DNA from: Candidatus Omnitrophota bacterium
GTDB lineage: Bacteria > Ratteibacteria > UBA8468 > MWAK01
Assembly (NCBI GenBank): GCA_043797665.1
Contig: JAZDPL010000048.1
Span: forward strand, 1-31,398
Length of the DNA stretch: 31,398 nucleotides
Direction: 5' to 3'
Positions within the stretch are counted from its first letter, which is position 1. The number at the start of each line of letters is the position of its first letter. Shown here piece by piece: positions 9,235 through 18,082 of the stretch. The notes beneath the pieces were generated by a model. That model was not told the DNA's origin. It saw only the letters and a program-made list of their open reading frames with translations, and did not search any database. Made by a program: the position numbers and the translations under genes.

Positions 9235-10317
9235 TTAATCCATCCTTATCTTCCGTATTGCGTCCAGATAATACCGGTAATTATCCAGAGAGACTCCCGG
9301 AGGGACCGAATGGTCCAGAAGAGGTATAAAACCCCCTTCCCTGATGTTTTCTATATTTTTCTTAATCTGGATTTCAATCGCTTCCTTTCCCTTGGCAACC
9401 TCAAACTTATCAATTCCGCCGATGATTCTGACCGACCTGCCGAATCTTTTTCGCCACAGCCGGATATCATTGTCAGAGGTTCCCTGTTCTGCCGGAAAGA
9501 AGATATTGATACCCGCTTCCAGCCAGATAGGTACCAGTTCCTTCACCGTTCCATCAGAATCTACCCAGACCAGGTCAATACCATGCCCCCGAAGGAAATC
9601 GGTAATCCTTTTATACCTTGGTAGCATCATCTTTTTAACCAGGGAAGGCGAGATGAGAGAGCCTTTGTTATACGCCATATCCTCCCAGAAGATAGCAAAG
9701 TCAAAATCAAGTTCCTTGAGGAGAGGTTTAGCATATTCTATGGCAAAACAGGCCTGATACTCCATCATCTCTTCAATCAAATCCGGGTCATCGTAAAAGA
9801 GGATGGAAACGCTCTCCAAGCCAATCATTTGCCGACAAAAGGCAAAGAGACCGTCAATATGAAGACCTAAGGGATAATCCCTGCTTTTATGTTTCCTGAC
9901 TACCTCGGGCCAATCATTCGGATATCTCCCGGATTCGGTAGGATTGAGCCTTTTACAATACCCTTCAAAATCCGCTCTTTTCTTTATAGGAAATTCCAGA
10001 AACTGGGGAAAGGTGCTTTCCCTTTTCTTTTCTGATTTCGGCACCCTGACCCTTCTGCCCCAACTATCCAACATTATTACTGTTTCCCCTTCATCTTTTA
10101 TTACCTCTTCCCCAAAAACAGGATAGGGTCCCGTCTTTACTTCCAGAAGTTTCCACCTCTTATCAATACCCAGGAATTCGGCCGGGTCCGCATCTTCCGG
10201 TAATCCCTCTTTCTTCCATCTTTCCAAAGTCTCCGGCCAGTAATAAAAATCCCAGACCATCATTCTGTCCGCCGGCTGATAATTCATAATCCCTAAGAAC
10301 CTCTCCCGGCTATTCAT
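9235..10317 (-). CDS. Uroporphyrinogen decarboxylase (URO-D)/MtaA-superfamily protein
   Basis: Typical MNSRERF..IM.YQPADR start (ATG 10317 preferred over 10392, which overlaps the upstream gene). Motifs WEDMAYNKGSLISP, VDSDG, IIGGIDK and GGFIP..DHSVPP. Confidence 0.85.
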   Translation of the reverse strand: MNSRERFLGIMNYQPADRMMVWDFYYWPETLERWKKEGLPEDADPAEFLGIDKRWKLLEVKTGPYPVFGEEVIKDEGETVIMLDSWGRRVRVPKSEKKRESTFPQFLEFPIKKRADFEGYCKRLNPTESGRYPNDWPEVVRKHKSRDYPLGLHIDGLFAFCRQMIGLESVSILFYDDPDLIEEMMEYQACFAIEYAKPLLKELDFDFAIFWEDMAYNKGSLISPSLVKKMMLPRYKRITDFLRGHGIDLVWVDSDGTVKELVPIWLEAGINIFFPAEQGTSDNDIRLWRKRFGRSVRIIGGIDKFEVAKGKEAIEIQIKKNIENIREGGFIPLLDHSVPPGVSLDNYRYYLDAIRKIRMD

Positions 10318-10357
10318 AATGGTTTCTATCAGAACGCCAATTAGGAATTTTAGCCAG

Positions 10358-12421
10358 TTAAATTTTAAAAGAAATAAATCCTTTTGGTCCAATTCTTTTT
10401 CCCAACACAGTAGCCTTCTTGTTTGAATAGTTCACCACTACCCAGGTTCCATCGGAGTATTTTGTACCAAATACCTGCGGAGCCAATTCCTTATGGTCTT
10501 CAATAAATTCAAATTGCAGGTGTCCCAGTTTCTTGCATATTACTTGGTATTGGCTCGCTTCATTTGGAATTCGGGTCCGGGGATTGTTATCCCGCCACTC
10601 ATCCTTAGGCAGGGCCCCTGTTTCAAGCGCGTGCAAAAATTCCAGGCGGGCTTCTTCCTCATCAGGAGAAGAGGTATTGGTAAGTGAGTATTGAATTATC
10701 CCATGGTAAACGATACAGTCCAGGGGAATACCTTTGTGCGCCAGCCCTTTCTGATAGAGTTCGGTAGTATGGGCCCAGGTTGAAACGGGCTTCCAGTCAT
10801 ACGCCGGAACGTAGGAGAGGTAATTAACCGTACCGAGTAATTCACTTATACCATACTCAGTTTGTACCGCTCCAAAAAGAGATTTGGCATAGTTCAAATA
10901 TTTTTTTACAGCCAGACAATACCCTTTCCTGGTAAGGGGGTGTTTTTTATCATAACAACAAAATGGGGTAAGCAAAACTACGTCAAAATAAATCGCACCG
11001 TTCAACCCCAAAGATTTCAATTTCGGGAGGTCTCTTTTTACAAACCTCCCTAACATTGCCTGCGGACAGGCCTTGTAACTTTGTCCACCCGCCCATATCG
11101 GGCCACCTCTTAATGTACCATCCTTATTCTTCATGACAAATTCCGGGTCCCACTCCGGGGAACCTTTATAGCAATCACCGTAATTTATGTGAACCGCTAT
11201 TCGGTAGCCAAGTTTTTTTGCCTGCTCCAGTAATTTCTTGAATTCCTTTATCCGGCCAAATTTTGTCTCTATAGGAAAAACGGTAGGATACATACCATCA
11301 TGGCCCTGTCTGTTCCATCCCGCCAGCCGGATATTTACTTTATCCATGCCCGCTTCGTTCATTCTTACGAGCAATTTCTCTGCTTCAGAATAAGATAGAA
11401 ACTTTTGCAGGTACCCCCGTCCATTCGCCTGTATCCTTTTGTGACCAAAAAGAATAGTCAGCATAAAAACGTTATGAAAATATTTAACCAGCGTGTTCTT
11501 CTTCATTAAACTTTTCAATGATGTGACCTTTTTTTCGTTGATAAGATATTCCCTATACATCTTTGCCATTTCACAGTAGTTCGCCTGGTGCTTAGCGAAA
11601 AAGCAGTAGCGGACAGTTCTGTCAGTCGGGTTAATAACATCCTTACTATCCCGGCGGTAATAAAACATGAAATGAACGGAACTTAACTTTTTTTCTCCCT
11701 GATTTGCTTTAACCACTATTTCGGCATCATGTTGACCGCTTGTGATAAAAGCCCCATATCCTGAATTATTATGAACCAATCCGAAAAGCGGAAGACTGAC
11801 ATGGTAAGTATCGTCGTAAATTCCAAGTTTTTGCTGCCGAGGTCCACTTTTGTCATAGTGAAAAAAAGTTTCCGTAGCAAACGACGGAAGCAGAGAAGTA
11901 GGACTTCTCAGGATTTCTTTTCTTGTGGGTTCAAGTAAAATTCTGTGCTCGTGGTCAAAATAACGGACAACTCCTCCCCAAATCGGAAGTACCATATACC
12001 CTTTTGCACCGTCCGGTACCCCTCCGAAACCAGGCATTATTTCAAGGCCAATAAGTTTCAAATAGTTCCCTTTTTCCTCAGCGATATCTTGAGTTGGCAG
12101 CCGGAACTGAAGATAATTTTCATTCAGGGAAACCTCTAAATAAAAGATTGTCTTTGTCCGCTCACTTGCATAAAAATTATTATAAATAGTATATCCAATA
12201 GAAACTTTATCAACATCAGTTTGTTTGTAAGTTACATCCACACAATTTGGGTCCCACACCGGTTGGGAAATAACTTCCTGTCGGAGGGAATTCCAGAACC
12301 AGATGATGAAAGGAATTTGCTGGCCTTTCCACAACTTACCTGTTCGTTTATCCTTTACCGAAATAAGCCCCAGCCGTTTTTCATCTATGAAGACAACTAA
12401 GAAAGGATTTTCCAGTTTCAT
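10358..12421 (-). CDS. DUF5696-like putative glycoside hydrolase (GH101/GH129-like barrel)
   Basis: N-terminal supersandwich-like segment, then LAGWNRQGHDGMYP, EFKKLLEQAKKLGYRIAVHINYGD and GAIYFDV. C-terminal TKYSDGTWVVVNYS. No signal peptide. Confidence 0.7.
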   Translation of the reverse strand: MKLENPFLVVFIDEKRLGLISVKDKRTGKLWKGQQIPFIIWFWNSLRQEVISQPVWDPNCVDVTYKQTDVDKVSIGYTIYNNFYASERTKTIFYLEVSLNENYLQFRLPTQDIAEEKGNYLKLIGLEIMPGFGGVPDGAKGYMVLPIWGGVVRYFDHEHRILLEPTRKEILRSPTSLLPSFATETFFHYDKSGPRQQKLGIYDDTYHVSLPLFGLVHNNSGYGAFITSGQHDAEIVVKANQGEKKLSSVHFMFYYRRDSKDVINPTDRTVRYCFFAKHQANYCEMAKMYREYLINEKKVTSLKSLMKKNTLVKYFHNVFMLTILFGHKRIQANGRGYLQKFLSYSEAEKLLVRMNEAGMDKVNIRLAGWNRQGHDGMYPTVFPIETKFGRIKEFKKLLEQAKKLGYRIAVHINYGDCYKGSPEWDPEFVMKNKDGTLRGGPIWAGGQSYKACPQAMLGRFVKRDLPKLKSLGLNGAIYFDVVLLTPFCCYDKKHPLTRKGYCLAVKKYLNYAKSLFGAVQTEYGISELLGTVNYLSYVPAYDWKPVSTWAHTTELYQKGLAHKGIPLDCIVYHGIIQYSLTNTSSPDEEEARLEFLHALETGALPKDEWRDNNPRTRIPNEASQYQVICKKLGHLQFEFIEDHKELAPQVFGTKYSDGTWVVVNYSNKKATVLGKRIGPKGFISFKI

Positions 12422-12452
12422 CCGAGAATTCTTATCAATTTACAACCAGCAA

Positions 12453-14363
12453 CTATAATTTCCTTAACTGTATGATTAGTGCTGACCAGTATGGTGTATC
12501 AGGAAGTGTAATCGTTTGTTTAAGAATGTCTGATTTGAATTCAATCGGAATAAAATCTTTTTCAGGAGCTATCCAGGAAACTGAAGAAATTTTCATAGAT
12601 GCGGGAATTACCAGAGATACCTTGCACTTTGTCACCGGAACCGGTTCAGCCCGGTCATTTATATTAATGACATTATTCGCTCTTTTGCCAAGAATATGAC
12701 ATACAATAATCCGTTCGTTCTTGTTTATCCCAGGCTGGGTTGTAATCAAGTTGGACCGCCAGAGACCGTCGCCTTCTACCTTTAGGTCACAACCCGCTGG
12801 TAGACCACGACGAATAGACAAATCGTAAAGAAAACGGCTATATCGCATTGCAAAACGATGAATAGGAATACTCTCTTCCGTTGAAAATCCAGAATAATGT
12901 AGCATACTTTGCTCATTAGAAAAAGCGCTGGCAAAAAGGTGAGCGCCTGAAGCATAAAGCACTGGAAGATAATGCCGGGCAAACCCTGGAGCAAATGCTA
13001 CTGTACCTGGGTCAGGTGGTATGATATATTCGTATCCGCCTGCTTTGCGCGTGATATCTACCTCACCTTGAAAAGCATCCAGTGCCATATCCCATGTGTG
13101 GTAGGGGTCTCCCTCCCGATTCATACACCGAGATGATTCCCACACTATAGCGCTATTATTGGCACAAAATTCAAAAGTCCTGGGAAGTTGTGCACCCATA
13201 TTCCGGTATTCAAAACCGTAGTTATAACCAAAGAGGAACTCAGGGGCAAATTTATGAATAATTGCTATCCCCTGTTTCATATTACGGAGAGAAAGAATAT
13301 CAGGGTCCTGACCATGCGCCTGCATATAACCATCATATCCGTAAGTTACCTGATTATCATAGGATATACCATCTAAAGTCCAATGGCCATCAAAACGAAT
13401 TCCATCCCAGTTAAACATCTTTGTGGAACGGATAATTTCATTGGCAGCAAAATCTATGACCGCCGGATGGTAAACATCTACGTGCATATAACTACTACCA
13501 ACATTTGCTGCATTACGGGTGGCGTCATCAATAATGCCGGGTACTTGTACTTCAAGAAAATGCTGGTCATACCGTCCAGCAAATTGTCCCAGATTGGTAC
13601 GTTGGACCCATTCGGGATGTTGTCTGGCAAATTCAATTCCTGGTACTCCTGTGACAATAGGAGCGTGATACATAAAAGCACGTATACCATAACGATGGGA
13701 CTCATCAATTACTTTCTTAATTCCTCCTTTAGACTGCTGATAACATCCCCATCCAGACCACCAAGACTCCTCTTCCGGTGCAAGGTTTGAAAATTCTGAC
13801 GGCGGCACACCGGATTGCTCACACCAGGTAACATAGTAGTCCCGAGCTGTTTTTAATAACTCGTCTGTAGACCAGCGAAAACCACCGAGGTTTACACCGA
13901 AATTTTCCTCCCCAGATTTCTGGCATGCCTGAAAAACGGTTACCTGCTGCCCAGATGCAAATGGCGTGTGGTGTACTGCAAAAGTTTCACTTTTGCGCCT
14001 AATAACTGTGCTATCCAGACGAAGTAATTCTGCAATTGCTTCACATCCCCAGAATTCCTCTTTCGGAACCCAGGAAACGCTCATCCTGAAAACTTCCCCA
14101 GGTTTCATAGAAATCGGTATTTTCTTAAGTTCTTCAGAATCAGTAAGATTCCACATCACTGATATCCGCAGAATATTTGCAGTTTCTTGTTCGGTATTAT
14201 TTTTAACCACTACCATAATTTTTACTGTTTCACCTGGTTGGTAGTAAATCTTATCGGACTCGCAGGAGAGAAGAGTCGGGTCTGCATAGACAACTTTTCC
14301 TGCAATAAATAAAATAAACAACATAAGAAATGAGCGCACGATAGAAAAACCCACCTTTTTCAT
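12453..14363 (-). CDS. Predicted secreted putative glycoside hydrolase (GH66-like N-terminal Ig domain plus TIM barrel)
   Basis: Signal peptide MKKVGF...KVVYA from ATG 14363, which starts just after the upstream stop. Motifs DKIYYQPGETV, HRYGIRAFMY and FNWDGIRFDG. Family call is tentative. Confidence 0.6.
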   Translation of the reverse strand: MKKVGFSIVRSFLMLFILFIAGKVVYADPTLLSCESDKIYYQPGETVKIMVVVKNNTEQETANILRISVMWNLTDSEELKKIPISMKPGEVFRMSVSWVPKEEFWGCEAIAELLRLDSTVIRRKSETFAVHHTPFASGQQVTVFQACQKSGEENFGVNLGGFRWSTDELLKTARDYYVTWCEQSGVPPSEFSNLAPEEESWWSGWGCYQQSKGGIKKVIDESHRYGIRAFMYHAPIVTGVPGIEFARQHPEWVQRTNLGQFAGRYDQHFLEVQVPGIIDDATRNAANVGSSYMHVDVYHPAVIDFAANEIIRSTKMFNWDGIRFDGHWTLDGISYDNQVTYGYDGYMQAHGQDPDILSLRNMKQGIAIIHKFAPEFLFGYNYGFEYRNMGAQLPRTFEFCANNSAIVWESSRCMNREGDPYHTWDMALDAFQGEVDITRKAGGYEYIIPPDPGTVAFAPGFARHYLPVLYASGAHLFASAFSNEQSMLHYSGFSTEESIPIHRFAMRYSRFLYDLSIRRGLPAGCDLKVEGDGLWRSNLITTQPGINKNERIIVCHILGKRANNVININDRAEPVPVTKCKVSLVIPASMKISSVSWIAPEKDFIPIEFKSDILKQTITLPDTPYWSALIIQLRKL

Positions 14364-14365
14364 AA

Positions 14366-16261
14366 TCAGTCTTGAATAACCCATTTGATGAGCGATTGCA
14401 TAATTTTTGTCCAATCTTTCCATTCGGTAAAAAGTATTTCTTTGTGCCCGGGTGCACCAAGAACCGAGCCAGTTATCGCTATTACTCTACCCCGGTCCAC
14501 CTGCCAGGCTATAGCAAAAGGTGTTTTACCAAACCATAACCATACTTCTGCACCCGGTTTGAGACTACCAGGATAGTTGGCCCAGAAAACAGAAGGATTT
14601 TGTGAAAAATCAAGTGTTTCAGATAAGATTCCATTAGAATTTCTTAAACATCGCTCTCCCTCTGGAACGGCTCTGTTATCAAACGGTCCTGTAATTTGAA
14701 AAGGAATAAGAGAGTTTAATATCGTATTATCGTAGCCACCATTGCCATAGCTTGTTGGCCCACCCAAAACAAGTAGCCCCCCGCCCTTACGGACATAACT
14801 AACCAGGCTTCGCAATTCATCCCTGCCAAACGCTTGAGCTGGTATATCAGCAAGAATTACAGCATCATATTCATCTATAGAGGGGCCGGTTGGGTACTGA
14901 GAGATTTTTTGTTGGCCAAGAACAAGTGCCTGAAAATAAGCATTATCTATTACTAATCCAAGTTCATTAACTGCTTCGGAAATTTTCCAAAAAGGTGCAT
15001 GGAGTCCATGGACATAAAGAACCTTGTTAGTTTTTTTGATACGCGGTTCTAGATTAAGCACAAGTTGAGTTTCCACTTTAGTTTCTGGTCCCAAAAGTTG
15101 GTAGCACCCAGGGGAAAGTCCCATTGAAATCCGTTGTATCTGTTTTCCACCAAAGAGTGTTTCAAATATCAACTTTTTTTCATTACTTATATAGTTTTTT
15201 ACAATAAGGTCATCGGTCCCATACTTTCCCAAGTTTATTTCTTTTGTCCAGAGAGAAAAGTCAACAAGAGATATCCGTTCATCTATTCTGGTAATAGTTT
15301 TCCGGCCTGGCATAAGAAAAATTTCAGTTTGCCAGGAGAAATTAGTTCCACTCTTTACCCCTGGTTGAGCTGTCATACGCATTGTCAGTTGGTCTACGTT
15401 TGGAAGGAAATCTATTCCAAGGATATATTCTTCCGAAGCAAAAACAGGTGAACCACCCTGCCGGTATGGTATGATTACATAAATAGTTTCCCAGGAGCTA
15501 CCCGGCGGTATTACGGCTGGTTCCATTATCCACTCATGAGTCCCCGCACTCAGACAATTATAGAAAGCATCTAGTTTTTGGAAATCAACCAGGAAGAAAA
15601 GACCGTTACCATTTTTTTGATTGTATCCAGCACTCCAGCCCGCATTTGGGTCTCGGACCCAGTCATCTCCAATGTTCCTACGTTCAAAATATGCCTGGAT
15701 GATTCCTCTTCTGCTCGGTCGGTAGTAAATCTGGTTTGCCGGGTTTCCACCAAGAGTATAGATATGCTGGGCCCAGTACTGTATTTGCCTTGAAGAATTG
15801 GTTGGATTAAAAATACGAATTTTTACCTGCACTGCCCTATCTTCTGTTTCAATACTGATTTCCTTTTCTAATATTAAACCAGCGAGATTGTTTTGTGCTT
15901 TTCCTTCCCATTGTCCGCTGACCGTTTTGCGTAGTTTCAGAAATGCCCGGTTATTATCATAACCCTGGTCAATAACCTCATATGGTGCTTCCATAAGTTC
16001 GCCTGGCCAGGATTGCTCCCAGAAGTGGTCGATAGCAAGAGATAATTCTTTCTTGTTTACATATTCATGTCCAGTAATCAGGTAACTGAATTGAGTGATG
16101 CGGCCTCCATGATTCGCATCTACCATCAAGCGGATATATTTATTCTCAAAAAGATAAATTCCCTGCGTTGTCTGGGTAAGCATCATTGCTTTCCCATCCA
16201 CCGCAAGTAGTTCTAAAAAAACTATTCCAAGCAAAACAACCAGGTAGAATTTTTTAGTCAT
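14366..16261 (-). CDS. Predicted secreted protein: galactose-mutarotase-like N-domain plus C-terminal GATase1-like domain
   Basis: Signal peptide MTKKFYLVVLLGIVFLELLA. ENKYIRLMVDANHGGRITQF marks the supersandwich start. YDAVILADIPA..LVSYVRKGGGLLVLGGPTSYGNGGY marks the GATase1-like fold. Confidence 0.7.
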   Translation of the reverse strand: MTKKFYLVVLLGIVFLELLAVDGKAMMLTQTTQGIYLFENKYIRLMVDANHGGRITQFSYLITGHEYVNKKELSLAIDHFWEQSWPGELMEAPYEVIDQGYDNNRAFLKLRKTVSGQWEGKAQNNLAGLILEKEISIETEDRAVQVKIRIFNPTNSSRQIQYWAQHIYTLGGNPANQIYYRPSRRGIIQAYFERRNIGDDWVRDPNAGWSAGYNQKNGNGLFFLVDFQKLDAFYNCLSAGTHEWIMEPAVIPPGSSWETIYVIIPYRQGGSPVFASEEYILGIDFLPNVDQLTMRMTAQPGVKSGTNFSWQTEIFLMPGRKTITRIDERISLVDFSLWTKEINLGKYGTDDLIVKNYISNEKKLIFETLFGGKQIQRISMGLSPGCYQLLGPETKVETQLVLNLEPRIKKTNKVLYVHGLHAPFWKISEAVNELGLVIDNAYFQALVLGQQKISQYPTGPSIDEYDAVILADIPAQAFGRDELRSLVSYVRKGGGLLVLGGPTSYGNGGYDNTILNSLIPFQITGPFDNRAVPEGERCLRNSNGILSETLDFSQNPSVFWANYPGSLKPGAEVWLWFGKTPFAIAWQVDRGRVIAITGSVLGAPGHKEILFTEWKDWTKIMQSLIKWVIQD

Positions 16262-16270
16262 TGTTTTTCT

Positions 16271-17308
16271 TTATTCTACCACCGGCAGTGGTTGAGGCTT
16301 CGGCGGATAAACTACTACCGAGTAGTCATCCAGGTCAAGTTTACCAAAGTTGTAGAAGCACAAAGCACCCTGTACAATAGTAAAATCTTCTATTCTAAAT
16401 TCATCCTTTATATTTTGCCATTCATCTGGAGAATCAACTTTTTTTACTACCTCCTTTGAATACATAAACTCACCTTTACTATTCTTAAGACCAATACTAG
16501 CGTGAGCTTCGCCTTGTCCTCGTACCCAGAATGATATGGAGACCAGACTTCCTGCCTGTAAGGAGAAACGTTCTTCTTGTACAATACCGCTTGGCAAACC
16601 AGTCGTCACAGATTCACTATGTAGGTACTGTTTTCCGTCGTGGGCTTTACCGTCAGCCATAATAAGAAGTTTACCAAGATACCCGCCATGCTGTATCCAG
16701 GGAGATTCTAAGGTTGCTTTTGTTTGCGTGAAAATACCTGTTGGACATTTCTCAAATCCAGAGTCAAGCACTTGTTCTTTTCCAAGTTCACCTATTTCCG
16801 GGATAGCACCGCGCGGCGTTAAACTGAAGTCAGCGAATAACAACTCCATACCATCCTTATTTCTACCACAGGTATTACTCCTGACTTCAAAAAGCACAAA
16901 GTGAGTGTCCGGGCCAGTGAAAAAACCATGAGTGGCATAGTTCCATTCTACCGGAATCTCATGGAAGTCACGGATAGTACGCTCTGGTCTCACCACATCA
17001 CCATTTTTGTTGATTTCGGTAACAAAAAGCCATGCAGATGGAAGGTTCGGGCTTTTGAGGCGCAGTGTCACCGCATATTCAGAATTTGGTTGTACTGGCC
17101 ACCCCGGTTTTTTACTCTGGACCCCACCTTCATTAGTGCCGGGTGGAAGCGAAATTTTGATTACTTTAAGCCCTTCAATTGAAAAAGTAGTTGCTGTGCC
17201 AGTTGTAATGTCCCAGGTCGGTTCTGCATTGAGGTAATTTATAATACCTAAAAAAAAGAACACCACGCCAACATAGATGTTTCTTCTTATGCTACTATTA
17301 TTTTTCAT
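16271..17308 (-). CDS. Predicted secreted protein with two carbohydrate-binding-module-like (CBM4/9-like) domains
   Basis: Signal peptide ending LNA|E. Motifs VQPNSEYAVTLRLKS, VLDSGFE, AHDGKQYL, ISFWVRG, EWQ and LDLDDYSV. Strong RBS AAGGAGG. Confidence 0.65.
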   Translation of the reverse strand: MKNNSSIRRNIYVGVVFFFLGIINYLNAEPTWDITTGTATTFSIEGLKVIKISLPPGTNEGGVQSKKPGWPVQPNSEYAVTLRLKSPNLPSAWLFVTEINKNGDVVRPERTIRDFHEIPVEWNYATHGFFTGPDTHFVLFEVRSNTCGRNKDGMELLFADFSLTPRGAIPEIGELGKEQVLDSGFEKCPTGIFTQTKATLESPWIQHGGYLGKLLIMADGKAHDGKQYLHSESVTTGLPSGIVQEERFSLQAGSLVSISFWVRGQGEAHASIGLKNSKGEFMYSKEVVKKVDSPDEWQNIKDEFRIEDFTIVQGALCFYNFGKLDLDDYSVVVYPPKPQPLPVVE

Positions 17309-17323
17309 ATGCCTCCTTTTTTA

Positions 17324-18070
17324 CTACTCCCAGTATGGGTCACACCAGAACGTATCTTTCCCTGGTGGGCATGGATACACTCGCCAGGCTGCATGGCCAT
17401 CTAAAAAAAGACAATTTACTCCGTCAGTATGACGCCAGCGAATACTAGTTTCATGCCCACTTAGGTTCCCATCAGAGGTTACACGTTGAACTGAATTTCC
17501 CTGGTTGGCGTCTATAAGAAGACAGATATCTGAAGTTCTTGTGCACTGGCCCATTTTATAAACTGGCCGAACATAATTCTGCCCAGGCGGATTCAACTCA
17601 GATTGAAGTTGTGCCAGGGTTTTGGAGGCATCACCCATTACCCGTACATTTGGGCCATAAGAACCACGAGTTTTAGGGTTAGTCGGCACACCACCATCAT
17701 GTAACTCTTCAGTTGGTGCACTTGGACAGCGCGTTACTAAAGGCTTGCTGTATATAGTATTTTCCACATCATTTCTAACAGGTTTACCTGTGAGAAAACT
17801 AACAACTTGTAAATCCCAATAGTACCAGGTATCACCAGGAAGGACATAGGGTAGGATTAAATCATCATAATCATTAGCATACATATTGATAACTAAACCT
17901 ATCTGTTTTAAATTATTCAAGCAACTTGCCTGCCGTGACTTTTCCCTGGCTTGACTGAGTGCCGGTAACAACATCGCCGCCAGGATGGCAATGATGGCGA
18001 TGACCACCAGAAGTTCTATTAACGTGAAAGCCCTTTTTTTGTTCCGCATTCCTTCTGCCATCTGCGCCAT
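17324..18070 (-). CDS. Prepilin-type N-terminal cleavage/methylation protein with DUF1559 and H-X9-DG domain
   Basis: [48 protein letters not shown], then CPS and [19 protein letters not shown] precedes ATG 18070. Confidence 0.93.
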   Translation of the reverse strand: MAQMAEGMRNKKRAFTLIELLVVIAIIAILAAMLLPALSQAREKSRQASCLNNLKQIGLVINMYANDYDDLILPYVLPGDTWYYWDLQVVSFLTGKPVRNDVENTIYSKPLVTRCPSAPTEELHDGGVPTNPKTRGSYGPNVRVMGDASKTLAQLQSELNPPGQNYVRPVYKMGQCTRTSDICLLIDANQGNSVQRVTSDGNLSGHETSIRWRHTDGVNCLFLDGHAAWRVYPCPPGKDTFWCDPYWE

Positions 18071-18082
18071 TTTGACCTCCGA

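Noticed and set aside
9235..10392. Track start codons at 10392, 14423, 19378, 2729 and 24508
   Set aside because: They overlap neighbouring genes or a promoter, or lack an RBS. Downstream ATGs give a better RBS, signal peptide or family-typical N-terminus.
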